NCBI GenBank assembly: GCA_027038175.1
Contig: JALVYB010000098.1
Coordinates: 7,606 to 71,605, forward strand
Direction: 5' to 3'
DNA from: a candidate division WOR-3 bacterium
Lineage (GTDB): Bacteria > Hydrothermota > Hydrothermia > UBA1063 > CAJXJZ01
DNA: 64,000 bases
The translations under genes were made by a program, and so were the position numbers. Positions 8,550-18,849 of the stretch are shown piece after piece (the first letter of the stretch is position 1; each line of letters opens with the position of its first letter). Under the pieces are notes generated by a model that had not been told where the DNA came from, did no database searches, and saw only the letters and a program-made list of their open reading frames with translations.

Positions 8550-10215
8550 ACTTACCTGCAAGTTCAAGTTCCTTTTTGAGTCTGAGTTTTATATCAGGGC
8601 TTTCTCCTATGTGAGAAAACACAATTCTTGCCTTTTTATCTAAAACAAAGTATGCAGGCACTCCTGAAACAGGGAAGTATTTTCTCAGTTTATTGCAGCT
8701 ATACGCATGAGTGAAGGAAAAAGGATTTGTTTTTAAAAATTTTTCCACCTCTTCCCTGGAGTTTGTGGAACATGCCAGAAGCCCTATATCATCCCTATTT
8801 TTAAGTTCCTCTGCCAGTTGATTTTCAAATGGTATTTCTTTTCTGCAATGTGGGCAATAGACTGACCAGAATTTGATAACCCATGTCTTGCCTTTGAGGT
8901 CCTCTACCTTCATTTTTCTACCATCAAGCATGGTAAACATAACCCTGTTATCTACAGGCGTGGGTTTTATAAGTTTAATGATAGAGTCCTCTATCTGATT
9001 TTCTTTAAGACCTGAAAGTACGTTGTACCCCACGGTATCGGATGGATTCAGCGTAAGGAGATGGAATGCCGTCCTTTTTGCTTCCTTTGAATTGTATTTG
9101 CCTTCTTTTTTGTATATATCTATAATCTGCCTGTCTTTTTCCTCTCTCAGGTAGTGTGGAAGTCCGTAGTTATCACACATGTTAAATTCATTTATGGCTT
9201 CATCGTATTTTTTCTGGTCTTTTAAAAAATACCCTCTGGCGAAGTGGTATGTAATAAGTTCGGATTTTGTCCACAGGTTTATAAGGTACGGGGGAGATGT
9301 GAAATCCTCCTCCAGATTCCTCCAGAAGATATTTATGGTGTCTTCTGGATCGATATATTTAAATAGTGTTGGAAAATAAAAGGACAATTGGAGTGTAAGA
9401 GAAGTTACAGGGAGAGCCCCCGCTTTTTCCAGAAATTTTTTAAAGTATGCTCTTTTTCTATTTCCTTTTATAGTGGTATCGGCTAATACAGGAATAAGTC
9501 TCTCAGCAAATGGGTCGTCTTTGTATTTTGAGATGAGGTCAACCAATTTTGCTGGTATGGTATCTTTCTTTATTTTGCCAGATGATATAAGGAAATAGTA
9601 TATTCTTGGGGCGTTTTTACCTTCTGGATAGGTTTTTAAGTACAGTATCAGTGATGAATCAAGCAAAGATGGATTTATAAGATTTCGGGAATTTAGCTCG
9701 TATAGTATCTTTACCATAAAGTATGCCTCATCATCAGTCATATTTTTGAAGTTTGAAATGTTTTTCATAGCGAAGTCGTAAAGCGAATCTGGAGGTAAGG
9801 AATCTAATTGATAGATAATATACCGGGCAATTGGTGAGTTACTGCTCTGAATTTTGCTTTTAAGATAATCGTCAAGAGTATAGAAATTTCTGTAATACTG
9901 TAAAGCTACCTGCAGGTATGCTTCTGGATTGGTCGTATCGACACCATAAAATTTCTCTACCATGCTCTCACCATTCCAGAGATAGCCTATGAAGCCATCA
10001 GCCTTTTCGGGCAGAGTAATCTTTTCTTCGGAGAGTATTGCAGGATGAGTGCTGTCTTCAAAAACTTCTTCTACAAATGCTGTATCACCGTTGAGATTTA
10101 TGGTAATGGTTTTGTCTTTCCCGAATAGGTATTTTTCTATCTTCTCTGTGTGACCATTTTTGCTGCATCCAGAGAAGAGTATTATTACACCCGTTATTAC
10201 AAGTAATTTTTTCAT
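8542..10215 (-). CDS. Lipoprotein with helical region and C-terminal TlpA-like thioredoxin domain
   Basis: Probable start MKKLLVITGVIILFSG-C (lipobox) after a GGAGG RBS; FWSVYCPHCRKEIP and GVPAYFVLDK. Confidence 0.8.
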   Translation of the reverse strand: MKKLLVITGVIILFSGCSKNGHTEKIEKYLFGKDKTITINLNGDTAFVEEVFEDSTHPAILSEEKITLPEKADGFIGYLWNGESMVEKFYGVDTTNPEAYLQVALQYYRNFYTLDDYLKSKIQSSNSPIARYIIYQLDSLPPDSLYDFAMKNISNFKNMTDDEAYFMVKILYELNSRNLINPSLLDSSLILYLKTYPEGKNAPRIYYFLISSGKIKKDTIPAKLVDLISKYKDDPFAERLIPVLADTTIKGNRKRAYFKKFLEKAGALPVTSLTLQLSFYFPTLFKYIDPEDTINIFWRNLEEDFTSPPYLINLWTKSELITYHFARGYFLKDQKKYDEAINEFNMCDNYGLPHYLREEKDRQIIDIYKKEGKYNSKEAKRTAFHLLTLNPSDTVGYNVLSGLKENQIEDSIIKLIKPTPVDNRVMFTMLDGRKMKVEDLKGKTWVIKFWSVYCPHCRKEIPFENQLAEELKNRDDIGLLACSTNSREEVEKFLKTNPFSFTHAYSCNKLRKYFPVSGVPAYFVLDKKARIVFSHIGESPDIKLRLKKELELAGKFN

Positions 10216-11414
10216 GTCAACATCCTCCTTGCAAGGTCTATAACCCATAATGCTGCCTGTTTTTTTATTTCCTCGCGCTTACCTTTAAAAATTTTTTTAA
10301 TAACCTTTTGCCTTTTACCATCGCTATAACCCATGTATACAAGGCCTACAGGTTTTTGAGGGGTGCCACCAGTAGGTCCAGCAATTCCCGTAGTTGAGAT
10401 ACCTATATCTGTTTTGATGTTTTTTCTTACTCCTTCTGCCATCTGGATGGCTATCTCACTTGATACTGCTCCAAATTTTTCAAGGTCTTCTCGATTACAG
10501 TCAAGCAGTCTAACTTTTACTTCGTTGGAATATGCGATTATACCTCCCATAAAATAAGCACTTGAGCCTGAGACACTTGTAATGAGATCCCCTACAAGTC
10601 CTCCTGTGCAAGATTCTGCTACAGAAATTGTGAGATTTTTTGATTTTAAAATCCTTCCCAGAACAGCAGGAAGTTCCTCATTATTGAGAGAGTATAAATC
10701 CGGGCCAATTTTTTGTAAAATAAGAGGCTCAATTTTCTCCTTAATCTCGTTATCAGGGTATCTTATTTTGAGTTTTACGCCATAGATAGATGGATAGTAT
10801 CCCACCTCTATATTATGAGAGTGTTCAATCTCTTCTACTATTTTCTGTAGGTCCACCTCTCTTGTACCAAAAGTCCTGTATATCTTCACTATACCTCTAC
10901 TTATTTTTTGTAGACCAATGAGAGAAAGACCATTCTGCAGAGTCGGCTCGAGTTCCCTTGGTGGGCCTGGCAAAAGCAGAATAAACTTCCCTTCCTCCTT
11001 GCAGAGAATACCCGGTGCAAGTCCTGTTGGATTTTCGACCGGTTTACAACCTTCCGGTATATATCCATATTTTTTATGAAGAGGATTATCAGGTATTTGC
11101 CAATCCTTCAATTTATTTTTTACGGTCTGTAGGAGTTCCTCTTTAAAGAGCAAATCTTTACCCAGAAAGGAGGATACAGCCTCTCTGGTGACATCATCCT
11201 GCGTGGGTCCAAGCCCTCCGGATACAAAAACAATGTCATAAAGTATGGCCTCTTTCAGTGCGTTTTTTATTTCATCTATATCATCCTTAACAGTTATCTC
11301 TTTCTGGATGTCTATGCCGTATTCTTTTGTAATGCTGGCAATAATTGCAAGGTCTTTATTTATTATGTCTCCACATAAAATCTCATTTCCAACGGTAATT
11401 ACAATGCCTTTCAT
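10212..11414 (-). CDS. cinA: CinA family protein (MoCF domain plus NMN deamidase PncC)
   Basis: VGNEIL, GGLGPTQDDVT, LPGPPRE, AESCTGG, TGIAGPTGG. Confidence 0.95.
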   Translation of the reverse strand: MKGIVITVGNEILCGDIINKDLAIIASITKEYGIDIQKEITVKDDIDEIKNALKEAILYDIVFVSGGLGPTQDDVTREAVSSFLGKDLLFKEELLQTVKNKLKDWQIPDNPLHKKYGYIPEGCKPVENPTGLAPGILCKEEGKFILLLPGPPRELEPTLQNGLSLIGLQKISRGIVKIYRTFGTREVDLQKIVEEIEHSHNIEVGYYPSIYGVKLKIRYPDNEIKEKIEPLILQKIGPDLYSLNNEELPAVLGRILKSKNLTISVAESCTGGLVGDLITSVSGSSAYFMGGIIAYSNEVKVRLLDCNREDLEKFGAVSSEIAIQMAEGVRKNIKTDIGISTTGIAGPTGGTPQKPVGLVYMGYSDGKRQKVIKKIFKGKREEIKKQAALWVIDLARRMLT

Positions 11415-11503
11415 AGTATTTCAATTATACACCAACAATACGGGTTTTTAAAGCAGGACTTGACATTACGGCATCGTAAATATACATTTAACTAAAATAG
11501 TAC

Positions 11504-11540
11504 TTGACAATTCAGAGAAGGAGTATTATAATTATTACAA
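11504..11540 (+). promoter_or_regulatory. Consensus sigma70 promoter overlapped by a PerR-type operator
   Basis: TTGACA (11504-09), N17, TATAAT (11527-32); TTATAATTATTACAA (11526-40) differs from the Per box TTATAATNATTATAA at one position. Confidence 0.85.
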
Positions 11541-11569
11541 ATCAAAAATTTTTAAAAAGGAGGTTGAAA

Positions 11570-12226
11570 ATGGAAGAAAGGATACCGGTGCTGGGAGAGA
11601 AATTCCCTGAGATGGAAGTAAATACCACCCATGGTAAGATGAAACTGCCTGATGCCTTTAAAGGCAAATGGTTTGTGCTCTTCAGCCATCCAGCAGATTT
11701 CACACCTGTTTGTACCACAGAGTTCTATGCTATGCAGATAAGGTTAAATAAGTTCAAAGAACTTGGAGCGGAAGTTATAGGGCTCAGTGTTGACCAGGTG
11801 TTCTCTCATCTCAAATGGATGGAGTGGATTAAAGACAATCTCAATGTTGAGATAGAATTCCCAATTATTGCAGATGACACGGGAGCTGTGGCAAAGAGAC
11901 TTGGTATGATACCAGAAGGTGCCACAGCCACGGCAAGGGCAGTATTTATTGTTGACCCAAAAGGAAAAATAAGGGCTATTATCTACTACCCGCCTGAGGT
12001 TGGAAGAGACTGGGATGAGGTCTTGAGGGCTCTAAAAGCGCTCCAGACTTCTGACAAGCATAAGGTTGCACTTCCACACAAATGGCCTGATAATGAACTT
12101 ATTAAGGATAGAGTGATTGTTCCACCAGCGGGAACAGTTGAAGCAATTAAGGAAAGAGAAGAAGCCAAGAAGAAGGGTGAAATTGAGTGCTACGATTGGT
12201 GGTTGTGCCATAAGGAACTTAAGTAA
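11570..12226 (+). CDS. Peroxiredoxin (Prx6/archaeal type)
   Basis: [15 protein letters not shown]-terminal [11 protein letters not shown] at 11570 after AGGAGG. Confidence 0.95.
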   Translation: MEERIPVLGEKFPEMEVNTTHGKMKLPDAFKGKWFVLFSHPADFTPVCTTEFYAMQIRLNKFKELGAEVIGLSVDQVFSHLKWMEWIKDNLNVEIEFPIIADDTGAVAKRLGMIPEGATATARAVFIVDPKGKIRAIIYYPPEVGRDWDEVLRALKALQTSDKHKVALPHKWPDNELIKDRVIVPPAGTVEAIKEREEAKKKGEIECYDWWLCHKELK

Positions 12227-12229
12227 TAT

Positions 12230-12256
12230 AAAAGGCGGGCAGTGTCCCGCCTTTTT
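12230..12256 (+). terminator. Intrinsic terminator
   Basis: AAAAGGCGGG-CAGTGT-CCCGCCTTTTT. Confidence 0.8.
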
Positions 12257-12288
12257 ATTTGTGTAAATTTAAAAAAGGAGGTTGAACA

Positions 12289-12657
12289 ATGTTGAAGGAT
12301 ACAATACAGACTGGAGACTGGAAGGGAGAAAAACACGTGCCTGTAATAGATGCACCTGATAAAGTGAAGGAAGGTGAGGTTGTCAAAATAGAGGTAAGTG
12401 TAGGCAAAGAAATTCCCCATCCAAATACGATGGAACACCATATTTCCTGGATAGAGCTTTACTTCCAGCCGGAAGGTGGAAAATTCCCGATTATGATAGG
12501 GCGTTACGGATTTATGTCACATGGTGAGTCTGAGACCTTCTCAGAACCCCATGTGGTCTCGTTTATCAAATTCTCAACATCAGGTACTCTCCATGCTCTC
12601 TCCTATTGTAATATTCACGGACTCTGGAGCTCTGAAAAGAAAATAGAGGTTGAATAG
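12289..12657 (+). CDS. sor: Superoxide reductase (1Fe-SOR, neelaredoxin)
   Basis: EKHVP, HPNTMEHHI, YCNIHGLW iron ligands. Confidence 0.95.
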   Translation: MLKDTIQTGDWKGEKHVPVIDAPDKVKEGEVVKIEVSVGKEIPHPNTMEHHISWIELYFQPEGGKFPIMIGRYGFMSHGESETFSEPHVVSFIKFSTSGTLHALSYCNIHGLWSSEKKIEVE

Positions 12658-12667
12658 TAAATATTTT

Positions 12668-12690
12668 GGGGGCTTTTGCCCCCTGTTTTA
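12668..12690 (+). terminator. Possible intrinsic terminator or mRNA hairpin
   Basis: GGGGGC-TTTT-GCCCCC followed by TGTTTTA. Confidence 0.5.
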
Positions 12691-12709
12691 TTAAGAGGAG
12701 GTATTTATT

Positions 12710-13198
12710 ATGGACCTTTCAGAATTTACCCTGAAAGATTTACTCAGAATTGCCATGAGTTCTGAGGTAGAGAGCAGGAAGGTGTACCTTTCTCTCAAGG
12801 AAAGAGTGGATAACCTGCTTTTGAAAGATAGATTCCAGTTTCTTGCTGATGAGGAAGAGAAGCATAGAAAATATATTGAAAGGATTTTTAATAAGAAATT
12901 CCCGAAAGAGGAGCCAGAACTCTCTCCTGGAATTACCACACCATTACCTGAGATTAAAGCAGATGATAATATGCCTATAAGCGAGATCCTTCAGAGTGCA
13001 ATGGATGCAGAAATGGCAGCAAGAGAGTTTTATCTACAGCTCTCAGAGAAATTTGAGGATGAAGAAATAAACAAGATGCTGAAAATATTTGCGGATATGG
13101 AACTCGGTCATTACAGGCTGCTCGAAGTTGAAAAGAACCTCGCGGAAAAGTTTGAGGATTACGAGTCCATGTGGCCTGAGTTTCATGTGGGACCATAA
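12710..13198 (+). CDS. Rubrerythrin-related ferritin-like diiron protein
   Basis: Paired helices with E...EEEKH and E...ELGH ligands; C-terminal HVGP. Confidence 0.85.
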   Translation: MDLSEFTLKDLLRIAMSSEVESRKVYLSLKERVDNLLLKDRFQFLADEEEKHRKYIERIFNKKFPKEEPELSPGITTPLPEIKADDNMPISEILQSAMDAEMAAREFYLQLSEKFEDEEINKMLKIFADMELGHYRLLEVEKNLAEKFEDYESMWPEFHVGP

Positions 13199-13210
13199 AG
13201 GGAGGGGATT

Positions 13211-13900
13211 ATGAATAAGAAGGCTCTCCATAAAATAAGTTATGGGCTTTACATAGTATCTTCAGAAAAGGATAGAAAATATAACGGTCAGATAGCAAAC
13301 ACAGTCTTTCAAATAACATCAGACCCTGTTATGATTGCAGTCTCTTTAAATAAACAGAATTTAACACATGAATACGTAACGCATTCTGGCAAATTCTCTG
13401 TTTCGGTTCTTGCACAGAATACACCGCTCAAGTTTATCGGGAAATTTGGTTTCAAATCCGGGCGGGATATAGATAAGTTTGATGGTGTGAATTACAGAAA
13501 TGGTGTGACCGGAGTTCCTATTGTACTGGATTACGCTGTAGCCTATCTTGAAGCAGAGGTTGTTTCATCCATAGATGTGGAAACCCACACAGTTTTCATA
13601 GGTAAGGTTGTAGATGCAGATATACTTCTTGAGGAACCTCCCATGACGTATGATTATTATCACAAGGTTAAGAGAGGGACGGCTCCAAAGACAGCGCCTA
13701 CCTATATTGAAGAAGTAAAGAAAGATGAGAAAAAGACATATAAAAAATACAGATGTAAAATCTGTGGTTATGTCTATGACCCTGAACTGGGGGACGCTTC
13801 ACAGAATATTAAGGCTGGAACACCATTTGAAAAGCTTCCCGATGACTGGACCTGTCCTGTCTGTGGGGCATCTAAAGACGATTTTATAGAGATAGATTAA
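13211..13900 (+). CDS. High-molecular-weight rubredoxin (flavin reductase domain plus rubredoxin)
   Basis: [29 protein letters not shown]-terminal [10 protein letters not shown]...WTCPVCG. Confidence 0.92.
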   Translation: MNKKALHKISYGLYIVSSEKDRKYNGQIANTVFQITSDPVMIAVSLNKQNLTHEYVTHSGKFSVSVLAQNTPLKFIGKFGFKSGRDIDKFDGVNYRNGVTGVPIVLDYAVAYLEAEVVSSIDVETHTVFIGKVVDADILLEEPPMTYDYYHKVKRGTAPKTAPTYIEEVKKDEKKTYKKYRCKICGYVYDPELGDASQNIKAGTPFEKLPDDWTCPVCGASKDDFIEID

Positions 13901-13916
13901 AAACTGGAGGATTGAA

Positions 13917-14078
13917 ATGAAGAAGTATAGATGTACTGTGTGCGGGTATATATACGACCCTGAGGAAGGGGATCAGGAAAACGGAATTGAACCTGGCACA
14001 CCATTTGAGAAACTCCCTGATGACTGGACCTGTCCTCTCTGTGGAGCGGATAAATCCCAGTTTGAGGAAATAGATTAG
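13917..14078 (+). CDS. Rubredoxin (53 aa, absent from the ORF track)
   Basis: Manual translation [61 protein letters not shown]. Confidence 0.97.
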   Translation: MKKYRCTVCGYIYDPEEGDQENGIEPGTPFEKLPDDWTCPLCGADKSQFEEID

Positions 14079-14083
14079 AACAG

Positions 14084-14108
14084 AAAGGGGCGTATATCAC
14101 GCCCCTTT
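14084..14108. terminator. Bidirectional terminator overlapping the glycosyltransferase stop codon
   Basis: AAAGGGGCGT-ATATC-ACGCCCCTTT between convergent operons. Confidence 0.75.
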
Positions 14109-15293
14109 TATAATTTCAACGTATTTTTTCTGATACTCTGACCATGTGAACTTTTTTATACTCATTTGCACCGTCTCTGACATATGCTTTAAAAGTTTCC
14201 TGTCTCTTCGCAGTATTTCAATATAATGTATGGTATTGTCCACATCTTCGGGGCTGATTATAAAACCTGTTTTTCCATGTTTAATTATGTCGGGAGCAAT
14301 GGAATTAACGCTCGCAATTGGCACAAGACCATAATTCATTGCTTCCAGCAATGCAAGTCCGGAGGCATCATAGAGAGTGGGGAAGTAAAAAATATCCATT
14401 GTTGAGTAGTATTCAGAAAGGGTTTTATGGGAGACAAAACCATGGAAAAACACGTTGCCTGGTAGGTTTTTGAGAATCTTTCTGCTCACAGGATGACCAA
14501 ATACATGAAAATCCGCTATTTTCTCGGTGAGTTTTGCAACATGCTTTAATATATGAAATCCTTTTGAAGGAGACACGAGTCCTGTAAACGCAATCTGGAG
14601 TTTTGCTCTATCAAAGTTAAGTTTTCTGTCAGTTTTTTTGAGCGGATTAAATCCATAAAAGTTCATTATGATTTTCTTCTCGTCAACTCCATGTTTTGTG
14701 AGAGTTTTTTTAACAAAGGTGGAAGGTGCTATAATAATATCTGCGAATTTAAATTCATCTGAGTATTTTTTTATCATGGTATTCGTGTAATTAAGAGGCA
14801 TCTCATTTATGTATAGGGGATATTTTTCATAGAGTTCATTTATCCACCCTGGATGAGGCTGAGCAGCCTCAAGGATAAGTTTTATGTTAAGGTCTGTTTT
14901 TTCTTTAACCCATTCGTATAAAAAAAACGCATTTGTGTGAAAGGTTATTATATGGGATATCCCCGGGGTTATATGGTTAAGCAAACTTTTCTGAAATTTA
15001 AGTTGTTTTTTAAAGAGTAGTCTGTTTCTTTCTCTATAAAAAAGTCCCCATCTGCCCCATAGTGAGAATAAGAATTCTTCAAAGCGGTTAAGGCAAGTAA
15101 CTCTTTTTGAAGATACTTTGCTACTAAAACGGGATTTTCTAAGATAGTTTTTGAAAAAATTAAAGAGGATATGCTGATTATTGCATTTAAAATACATGCC
15201 TGTGTAAAATCTGTATGGGATTCGGTATTCCTCCAGTCCCTCTAACACTTTATATATGTGTTGCCTTGATGGGTGATATACAAGCACATTCAT
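14097..15293 (-). CDS. Glycosyltransferase family 4
   Basis: FPTLYDASGLALLEAMNYGL; GT-B C-terminal signature. Confidence 0.88.
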   Translation of the reverse strand: MNVLVYHPSRQHIYKVLEGLEEYRIPYRFYTGMYFKCNNQHILFNFFKNYLRKSRFSSKVSSKRVTCLNRFEEFLFSLWGRWGLFYRERNRLLFKKQLKFQKSLLNHITPGISHIITFHTNAFFLYEWVKEKTDLNIKLILEAAQPHPGWINELYEKYPLYINEMPLNYTNTMIKKYSDEFKFADIIIAPSTFVKKTLTKHGVDEKKIIMNFYGFNPLKKTDRKLNFDRAKLQIAFTGLVSPSKGFHILKHVAKLTEKIADFHVFGHPVSRKILKNLPGNVFFHGFVSHKTLSEYYSTMDIFYFPTLYDASGLALLEAMNYGLVPIASVNSIAPDIIKHGKTGFIISPEDVDNTIHYIEILRRDRKLLKHMSETVQMSIKKFTWSEYQKKYVEIIKGA

Positions 15294-16381
15294 GATTGCA
15301 TAATACTATAAAGGTTCTCTGCGTTCTTTTCCCACGTGAATTTTTTTATTCGTTCTCTGCCTTTCTGTATAAGACGGTTCCTGAGCGCATCATCATGCAA
15401 AACAAGAAGTAGTTTCTCTGCTATGTCCTCTGGATTTAAAGGGTCGATGTATAATGCTGCATCATGACAGATCTCAGGTAGAGAACTTGCCCTTGAAGAT
15501 ACCACCGGTGTTCCAAAATACATGGCCTCAAAAGGAGTGAGGGGAAAGGCTTCAAGCAAAGTTGTGGTAACGTATAATTCAGAGTTTTTATACAGTTTTG
15601 GCAATTTTTTATGCTCTACACCTCCAAGAAAATAAATGTTTTTCCATACCTCTTTATCCCTGTACGGAGCGGTTATTTCATCAAAATATTGCTCATCCAT
15701 TATTTTGCCCGCAATCACAAGATTGACATCAGGTCGTTTTTTGTACACTATCTCAAAAGCCTCTAAAAGAGCAGGGTAGTTTTTGTGATAGGTAATGTTA
15801 GATACGGCAAGAATGTAAGGTTTATACCTTGCAACCTCTATATCTTCCTCTTTTTCCTCAATGTTAACACCACTATAAAGCACATACACATTTTTCCTGC
15901 CGCCTTTCATGGCTCTTTGTTTTAAGTCTTTTGATATGAAAACCACTTTGTCTGCTCTCAACATGGACATACGAGCAATAAACCTCTGGAAAAAACGCTT
16001 TATAGCATAGGGAATACTTTTTCTTCCTCTGACCTTAAAGAAAAGGTTTGGATTTTGAAATACAAGGACCTGTTTCTTTAAAGTTAAGAAACAGGCCACA
16101 TTACCCGGCATGTATACAACATCAGCCCTGTAGTAGGAAGATAAGAGAGGACACAGTATCTGTTCCGCTATAAATCTGAGGTAATATGGTAAATAGGGAG
16201 TTTTGATGTATTTGATTCTTTTATTCCCGAGAAAGTCTTTGAAATCTTTGTGATTTTTTGGGTTTGTCCAGAGGATTATTTTCACGTCCTTTTTAGTCTC
16301 TTCAAGAGCCTTCAACTGATTTTTCAGGTACTCAAGACCACCGCCAAAATATGCACTTTGAGCATTCACAAAAACAATCAT
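15290..16381 (-). CDS. Glycosyltransferase family 4 (MtfB/WbaZ-like)
   Basis: HKNY, EAFPLTPFEAMYFGTPVVSS, FTWEKNA. Confidence 0.9.
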   Translation of the reverse strand: MIVFVNAQSAYFGGGLEYLKNQLKALEETKKDVKIILWTNPKNHKDFKDFLGNKRIKYIKTPYLPYYLRFIAEQILCPLLSSYYRADVVYMPGNVACFLTLKKQVLVFQNPNLFFKVRGRKSIPYAIKRFFQRFIARMSMLRADKVVFISKDLKQRAMKGGRKNVYVLYSGVNIEEKEEDIEVARYKPYILAVSNITYHKNYPALLEAFEIVYKKRPDVNLVIAGKIMDEQYFDEITAPYRDKEVWKNIYFLGGVEHKKLPKLYKNSELYVTTTLLEAFPLTPFEAMYFGTPVVSSRASSLPEICHDAALYIDPLNPEDIAEKLLLVLHDDALRNRLIQKGRERIKKFTWEKNAENLYSIMQS

Positions 16382-17664
16382 GCTCTACTCCCATTGAGAT
16401 AAAGTTTATCTGATACGTAAAGGCTCATAATAGGTAGTACAAGATATAAAAACTGAACGAAAACCTGTGGAAAATAACCGCGTGAGATTATCTGAAAAAT
16501 AAAGAAATAGAATATGGAATAACTCATGAGTACGAGGATATTTTTGTCATTTTTTCTGTAAATATTGTAGATAACAGCAAAGAAAAGACCGAGTAAAAAC
16601 ATAAACACAACAACCCCGGGTATTCCGAAGTTTGCATAATACTCTCCTATATTTGGAACAGCGTATCCGAAGTACCTGCCACCAGTGATTTTCCAGAGAA
16701 CCTTAAGATATTGAGGATAGGGTTTTTGGTGCCACAAAAGTCTTGGAATGGGAAGAATAAAGACATACCAGAAACTTTCTCCTAAAAAGTAGGGATGAAA
16801 CCTGGGTATGTAGTATACGAAGGAGGCAGTAGGCTCGAACAGGGACACTGACGATACCAAGAAGGCAAGAATAAAGTCACTGTTAAAAGAAATATTTTTC
16901 AGGGAAGGCGCTCCTCTTAGATAGGCTATTAAAGCGAACAATATGAGGAAAGTAAGTAGTGATAGAAAAATGTAAGTCTTCTTAACTTTGATGTTTCTCC
17001 GTTTAATATAGTAAAATAGCAAACTGCCTCCTGCAATAAGAACTATATATCGTACTCCCCTTGTAAGGAAAAGTATAAAATTAACGAAAACAAGGAACAT
17101 AGCAGTTGTACGATATACTTTGCGTATTGCAAGTTCAGTTAACATTAAAGTGGCTGGGACTAAAAAGAGAATGCTAAGCGCAAGATACCCCGAAGCCTTT
17201 TTTGATGTTTCACCCAGTTTAAGATAATAGTTGCTGAGTTTTAGAGGATTTATCACAAACAAAGATACACCAAGTTGTCTTGTCCAGATAAAGTAGCCAA
17301 AAACTCCAATAAATTCCCATAAAAATGCGTTTATTAATAGTACTTTTAGGTGTGGTGCATTGGAGATTTTGTTTGACAACCCTTCTTTTCTCATGGTAAG
17401 CGTGTAACCTGTAATAAGGGAAACGACTCCGAGCAAGAATATAAACTCTGTCGTGAAATAGTAATTGTAAATATTGTGCACTGGAATCTGATGGATTTTC
17501 CATATTATATTTAGAGCAGGGCTTATTATAAAATACGTGAAGTATAGAAGGAAAGTAAAAACAATTGGTGATTCAATGCGTGGTCTTTTCTTTAAAATAT
17601 AGAATAACATTAAAATAGATGAAAATGCTGCTATAATCCAGAATAATCCGATGTTTTGGTACAT
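16378..17664 (-). CDS. wzy: Wzy-type polysaccharide polymerase
   Basis: About 11 hydrophobic segments; PIPRLLW..KP, GEYYANFGIPG and SRG motifs; cluster context. Confidence 0.8.
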   Translation of the reverse strand: MYQNIGLFWIIAAFSSILMLFYILKKRPRIESPIVFTFLLYFTYFIISPALNIIWKIHQIPVHNIYNYYFTTEFIFLLGVVSLITGYTLTMRKEGLSNKISNAPHLKVLLINAFLWEFIGVFGYFIWTRQLGVSLFVINPLKLSNYYLKLGETSKKASGYLALSILFLVPATLMLTELAIRKVYRTTAMFLVFVNFILFLTRGVRYIVLIAGGSLLFYYIKRRNIKVKKTYIFLSLLTFLILFALIAYLRGAPSLKNISFNSDFILAFLVSSVSLFEPTASFVYYIPRFHPYFLGESFWYVFILPIPRLLWHQKPYPQYLKVLWKITGGRYFGYAVPNIGEYYANFGIPGVVVFMFLLGLFFAVIYNIYRKNDKNILVLMSYSIFYFFIFQIISRGYFPQVFVQFLYLVLPIMSLYVSDKLYLNGSRA

Positions 17665-18849
17665 TTATGTTTCCTCTCTGTTCCTAAAAACATAAAGGTA
17701 ATAAAGTGCTCCAAGAAGGTAACTTGTAATTATAGCAAGTGCTATTCCCTTCAGGTTTAAAACGTTATAGCCTATTGGTGCAAAGATTAAAATGCCTGCC
17801 AATATTATGAACTGTGCTTTGGTTGTTACGAGAGGTTTCCCTTTCGCTTTAAAGTGCGCCACGGCAACATTTATAAGGGATATGGGAAATGCCGCAAGAA
17901 ACAGGATGAGGGATAGTCCTGCAGAGGGTGCAAAAGGTTTTCCGAAAAGTAGAAGGACGAGTGGTTTTATAGTAACAATCAGGGCCCCAAAGAGTGTTGC
18001 GTTCAGTAAAGAAAGGTATAAAAAGTATTTTTTCCAGCCTGTTACTTTACCTTTTGAAAAAAGTGGATAAAGCACTATTTGAGCAGCGTTTGGTGCGAGA
18101 AAACCTATTTTACCAATTGATGCCGCAACCGAGTATATTCCAAGCGCAGAGGAAGGTGCTATTACCGAAAGTATTGCCTGATCCACCTGTTGAGAAAAAG
18201 AACTCATGATATTTGTTAATTGGGTTTTTATACCAAAGTTGAGGATTTTTCTTATGATAGAACGTTTCACATTGAAGAATGATATGTTCTGGAAGGTGTT
18301 ATACGAGAGCAAAAGGAGCGCAGCATTGCTGAGTATTAGATAAAAGAAGCATCTTTGTGGAGTAAGATGCCTTAAATCGGAGAGGAGGAGAACAAGGTAT
18401 ATCGCAGGTAGGGACAGGCGCAGTAAATTGTATTTAATAAAGTTAAGTTCTTCCTGCATTATTGAAAGAGCAGTTTGAACGAGGTTGGCAACAGGTAAAT
18501 ATAGCATTGACAAAAGTGGGATTAACATAGTGTATGCATATTTACCGTGTGCCACTAAATAAATTACTATAAGCGTTACAAAGCCAAATATAAAAGACGA
18601 TGTAATCACAGTAAAGAAAACTGAACTTTCAAGCTCTTTTCTTGGAATATCGGTGTTCTTAAGATAAATGTATGCTTCATTTGCGCCTAAAATTGCAATT
18701 TGAGAGAATAAAGTTGGCCAGACTATGAGGGTGCGAAGTATGCCCTTACCTTCGGGTCCAAGTACCCTTGCTGTAATTATGCCAGTGCCTAAGTTTAGAA
18801 TCAGCATGAATACACTTGTAAATGTGGTGATAAGGAAAGAGCGTTTCAT
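17665..18849 (-). CDS. wzx: Wzx-type oligosaccharide flippase
   Basis: ITARVLGPEGKG, VDQAILS...LGIYSVA; multi-TM. Confidence 0.88.
   Translation of the reverse strand: MKRSFLITTFTSVFMLILNLGTGIITARVLGPEGKGILRTLIVWPTLFSQIAILGANEAYIYLKNTDIPRKELESSVFFTVITSSFIFGFVTLIVIYLVAHGKYAYTMLIPLLSMLYLPVANLVQTALSIMQEELNFIKYNLLRLSLPAIYLVLLLSDLRHLTPQRCFFYLILSNAALLLLSYNTFQNISFFNVKRSIIRKILNFGIKTQLTNIMSSFSQQVDQAILSVIAPSSALGIYSVAASIGKIGFLAPNAAQIVLYPLFSKGKVTGWKKYFLYLSLLNATLFGALIVTIKPLVLLLFGKPFAPSAGLSLILFLAAFPISLINVAVAHFKAKGKPLVTTKAQFIILAGILIFAPIGYNVLNLKGIALAIITSYLLGALYYLYVFRNREET

Noticed and set aside
12710..13198. Ferritin-like protein as encapsulin cargo
   Set aside because: No recognisable targeting peptide and no encapsulin gene in the window
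13897..14100. 67-aa minus-strand ORF
   Set aside because: Antisense shadow of the real rubredoxin at 13917-14078
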